DNA of 64,000 nucleotides from an uncultured bacterium (GTDB lineage Bacteria; Chloroflexota; UBA5177; JANWHV01): NCBI GenBank assembly GCA_963827235.1, contig CAWHAE010000009.1, positions 1,088,001 to 1,152,000 of the forward strand, read 5' to 3'. Shown piece by piece: positions 62,614 to 64,000 of this stretch (position 1 is its first letter; each line of letters starts with the position of its first letter). The notes under the pieces were generated by a model. It saw only the letters and a program-made list of their open reading frames with translations, ran no database searches and was not told where the DNA came from. The position numbers and the translations under genes were made by a program.

Positions 62614-64000
62614 TGCCGAAGCAGGACCCGGGTGTACGCTGCCGCAACTTCGACGAGGTCGCACTGGGCTACAGCCGCGAGCAAGCGACGGCCGAGGCCT
62701 CACGGTGCTTGACCTGCGCGAGAGCCCGGTGCGTCCAGGGGTGTCCGGTTGGGGTCGATATCCCAGGATTCGTCGCGGAGATCAAACGGGGCGATCTTGC
62801 ACGGGCCGCCTGCATCGTACGAGATAAGAACATACTGGCCGCGGTGTGCGGCCGCGTCTGCCCTCAGGAGAGCCAGTGCGAGCGCGCGTGCGCGCTCGGC
62901 AAGAAGAGCGAGCCCCTCGCCATCGGCGCGCTGGAGCGCTTCGTCGCGGACTGGGCGGCGCTTCAGCCAAGGGCCGGGTGCGCCCTGCGCAGCCGGCTAC
63001 CGTTCCGCGCCGCAATTGTGGGCTCCGGACCCTCCGGCCTGGCCTGCGCCGCCGAGCTGGCAACCGGCGGCTGTTCCGTGACCATCTTCGAAGCCCTGCA
63101 CGAGGTGGGCGGCGTCCTGCAATATGGAATCCCGCAGTTTCGACTTCCCAAGGAGATCGTTGACCGCGAGGTGGAGTACGTGCGGCAACTGGGCGTGCAG
63201 ATCGAGACCAACGTGCTGGTCGGCAGGACCGTAACCCTCGACGAGCTGTTCCGGAACGGTTTCGACACCGTCTTCATCGGCACGGGAGCCGGTCTGCCGA
63301 GCTTCCTCCAGATACCGGGCGAGAATCTCTGCGGCGTCTACTCGGCCAACGAATTCCTCACGAGAGTGAACTTGATGAAGGCGTATCGGTTCCCGGAATT
63401 CGACACGCCGGTGCATGCCGGGCGCAGCGTGGCCGTGATCGGGGGTGGAAATGTCGCCATGGATGCCGCCAGGACGGCGCTTCGGCTCGGCGCGGATCGT
63501 GTATCTGTCGTCTACCGTCGTTCGCGCGCGGAGCTGCCGGCGCGCCGTGAGGAGATCGAGAACGCCGAGGAAGAGGGTGTCACCATGCGGCTGCTCACCA
63601 GCCCGCGGCGAATCACCGGCAGCTCGCTCGGCGAGGTGGCGGCACTGGAGTGCATCGGCATGGAGCTGGGCGATCCCGACGCTTCCGGCCGCCGCCGTCC
63701 CGTCCCGATCCCAGGCGCGGTGCTCGATCTACCGGTGGACACCGTCATCGTGGCGATCGGTCAAGGGCCGAGCCCCATCCTGTTGCGTAGCACCGGCGGC
63801 CTGGCGCTGAACGAGCGAGGATACATCCAGGCGAACCAGACGACGCTCGAGACGAGCATTGCCGGCGTGTTCGCCGGTGGAGACATCGTGACCGGTGCCG
63901 CCACGGTAATTGCCGCGATGGGTGCGGGCAAGCTGGCGGCCCAGCACATGCTGGAATACTGCCGGTCCCTGCACAGCGGGAGCACGGCAGCCCGAGGCGC
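62598..64000 (+). CDS. NfnB/SudA-like (NADPH-dependent glutamate synthase small-subunit family) protein, runs off the window
   Basis: NFDEVALGY...EASRCLTC...CPVGVDIP, CGRVCPQESQCE, GSGPSG, YGIPQFRLPK, GGGNVAMD and FAGGDIVTG. Confidence 0.9.
   Translation, partial: MPRQLMPKQDPGVRCRNFDEVALGYSREQATAEASRCLTCARARCVQGCPVGVDIPGFVAEIKRGDLARAACIVRDKNILAAVCGRVCPQESQCERACALGKKSEPLAIGALERFVADWAALQPRAGCALRSRLPFRAAIVGSGPSGLACAAELATGGCSVTIFEALHEVGGVLQYGIPQFRLPKEIVDREVEYVRQLGVQIETNVLVGRTVTLDELFRNGFDTVFIGTGAGLPSFLQIPGENLCGVYSANEFLTRVNLMKAYRFPEFDTPVHAGRSVAVIGGGNVAMDAARTALRLGADRVSVVYRRSRAELPARREEIENAEEEGVTMRLLTSPRRITGSSLGEVAALECIGMELGDPDASGRRRPVPIPGAVLDLPVDTVIVAIGQGPSPILLRSTGGLALNERGYIQANQTTLETSIAGVFAGGDIVTGAATVIAAMGAGKLAAQHMLEYCRSLHSGSTAARG

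Overview
GC-rich bacterial window, probably Chloroflexota judging by the CRISPR repeat type and the terminase/capsid families (inference). It has three nested layers. (1) 1-4996 is the right part of a Tn7/Mu-family transposon-like element, with a ...CTGACA end and four ~19-bp subterminal repeats. Its cargo is a PD-(D/E)xK-like nuclease fused to a RuvB-like ATPase, an HNH nuclease, an orphan type I-E CRISPR array and a decayed tRNA-Gln-like sequence. It sits inside a Mu gpT-like major capsid gene. (2) ~4997-34995 is a phage-derived, possibly GTA-like virion gene cluster: capsid remnant, adaptor, Dit/hub-like tail proteins, SGNH and glycoside-hydrolase-like spikes, TerS-like gene, Flp pilin and TerL. 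Four copies of a double-hairpin element lie between its genes. (3) The terL gene is split right after its Walker A lysine (RQMGKNE|LSAH) by a 16.7-kb large-serine-recombinase element at 16999-33716. This element looks like a phage satellite: excisionase-like HTHs, AAA_25 helicase plus iteron origin, its own TerS-like gene and two tape-measure-like genes, but no capsid. Excision at a shared GA dinucleotide would restore an in-frame 488-aa TerL. 35.3-64 kb is ordinary chromosome: S53 protease, serpin, sigma-70, rmd/gmd, rpsP-khpA-rimM-trmD, a Tat-exported molybdoenzyme operon and nfnAB-like genes. Many single-base frameshifts, mostly in the mobile regions, may be long-read errors rather than real decay. 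No database searches were run, so all family calls rest on motif recognition.
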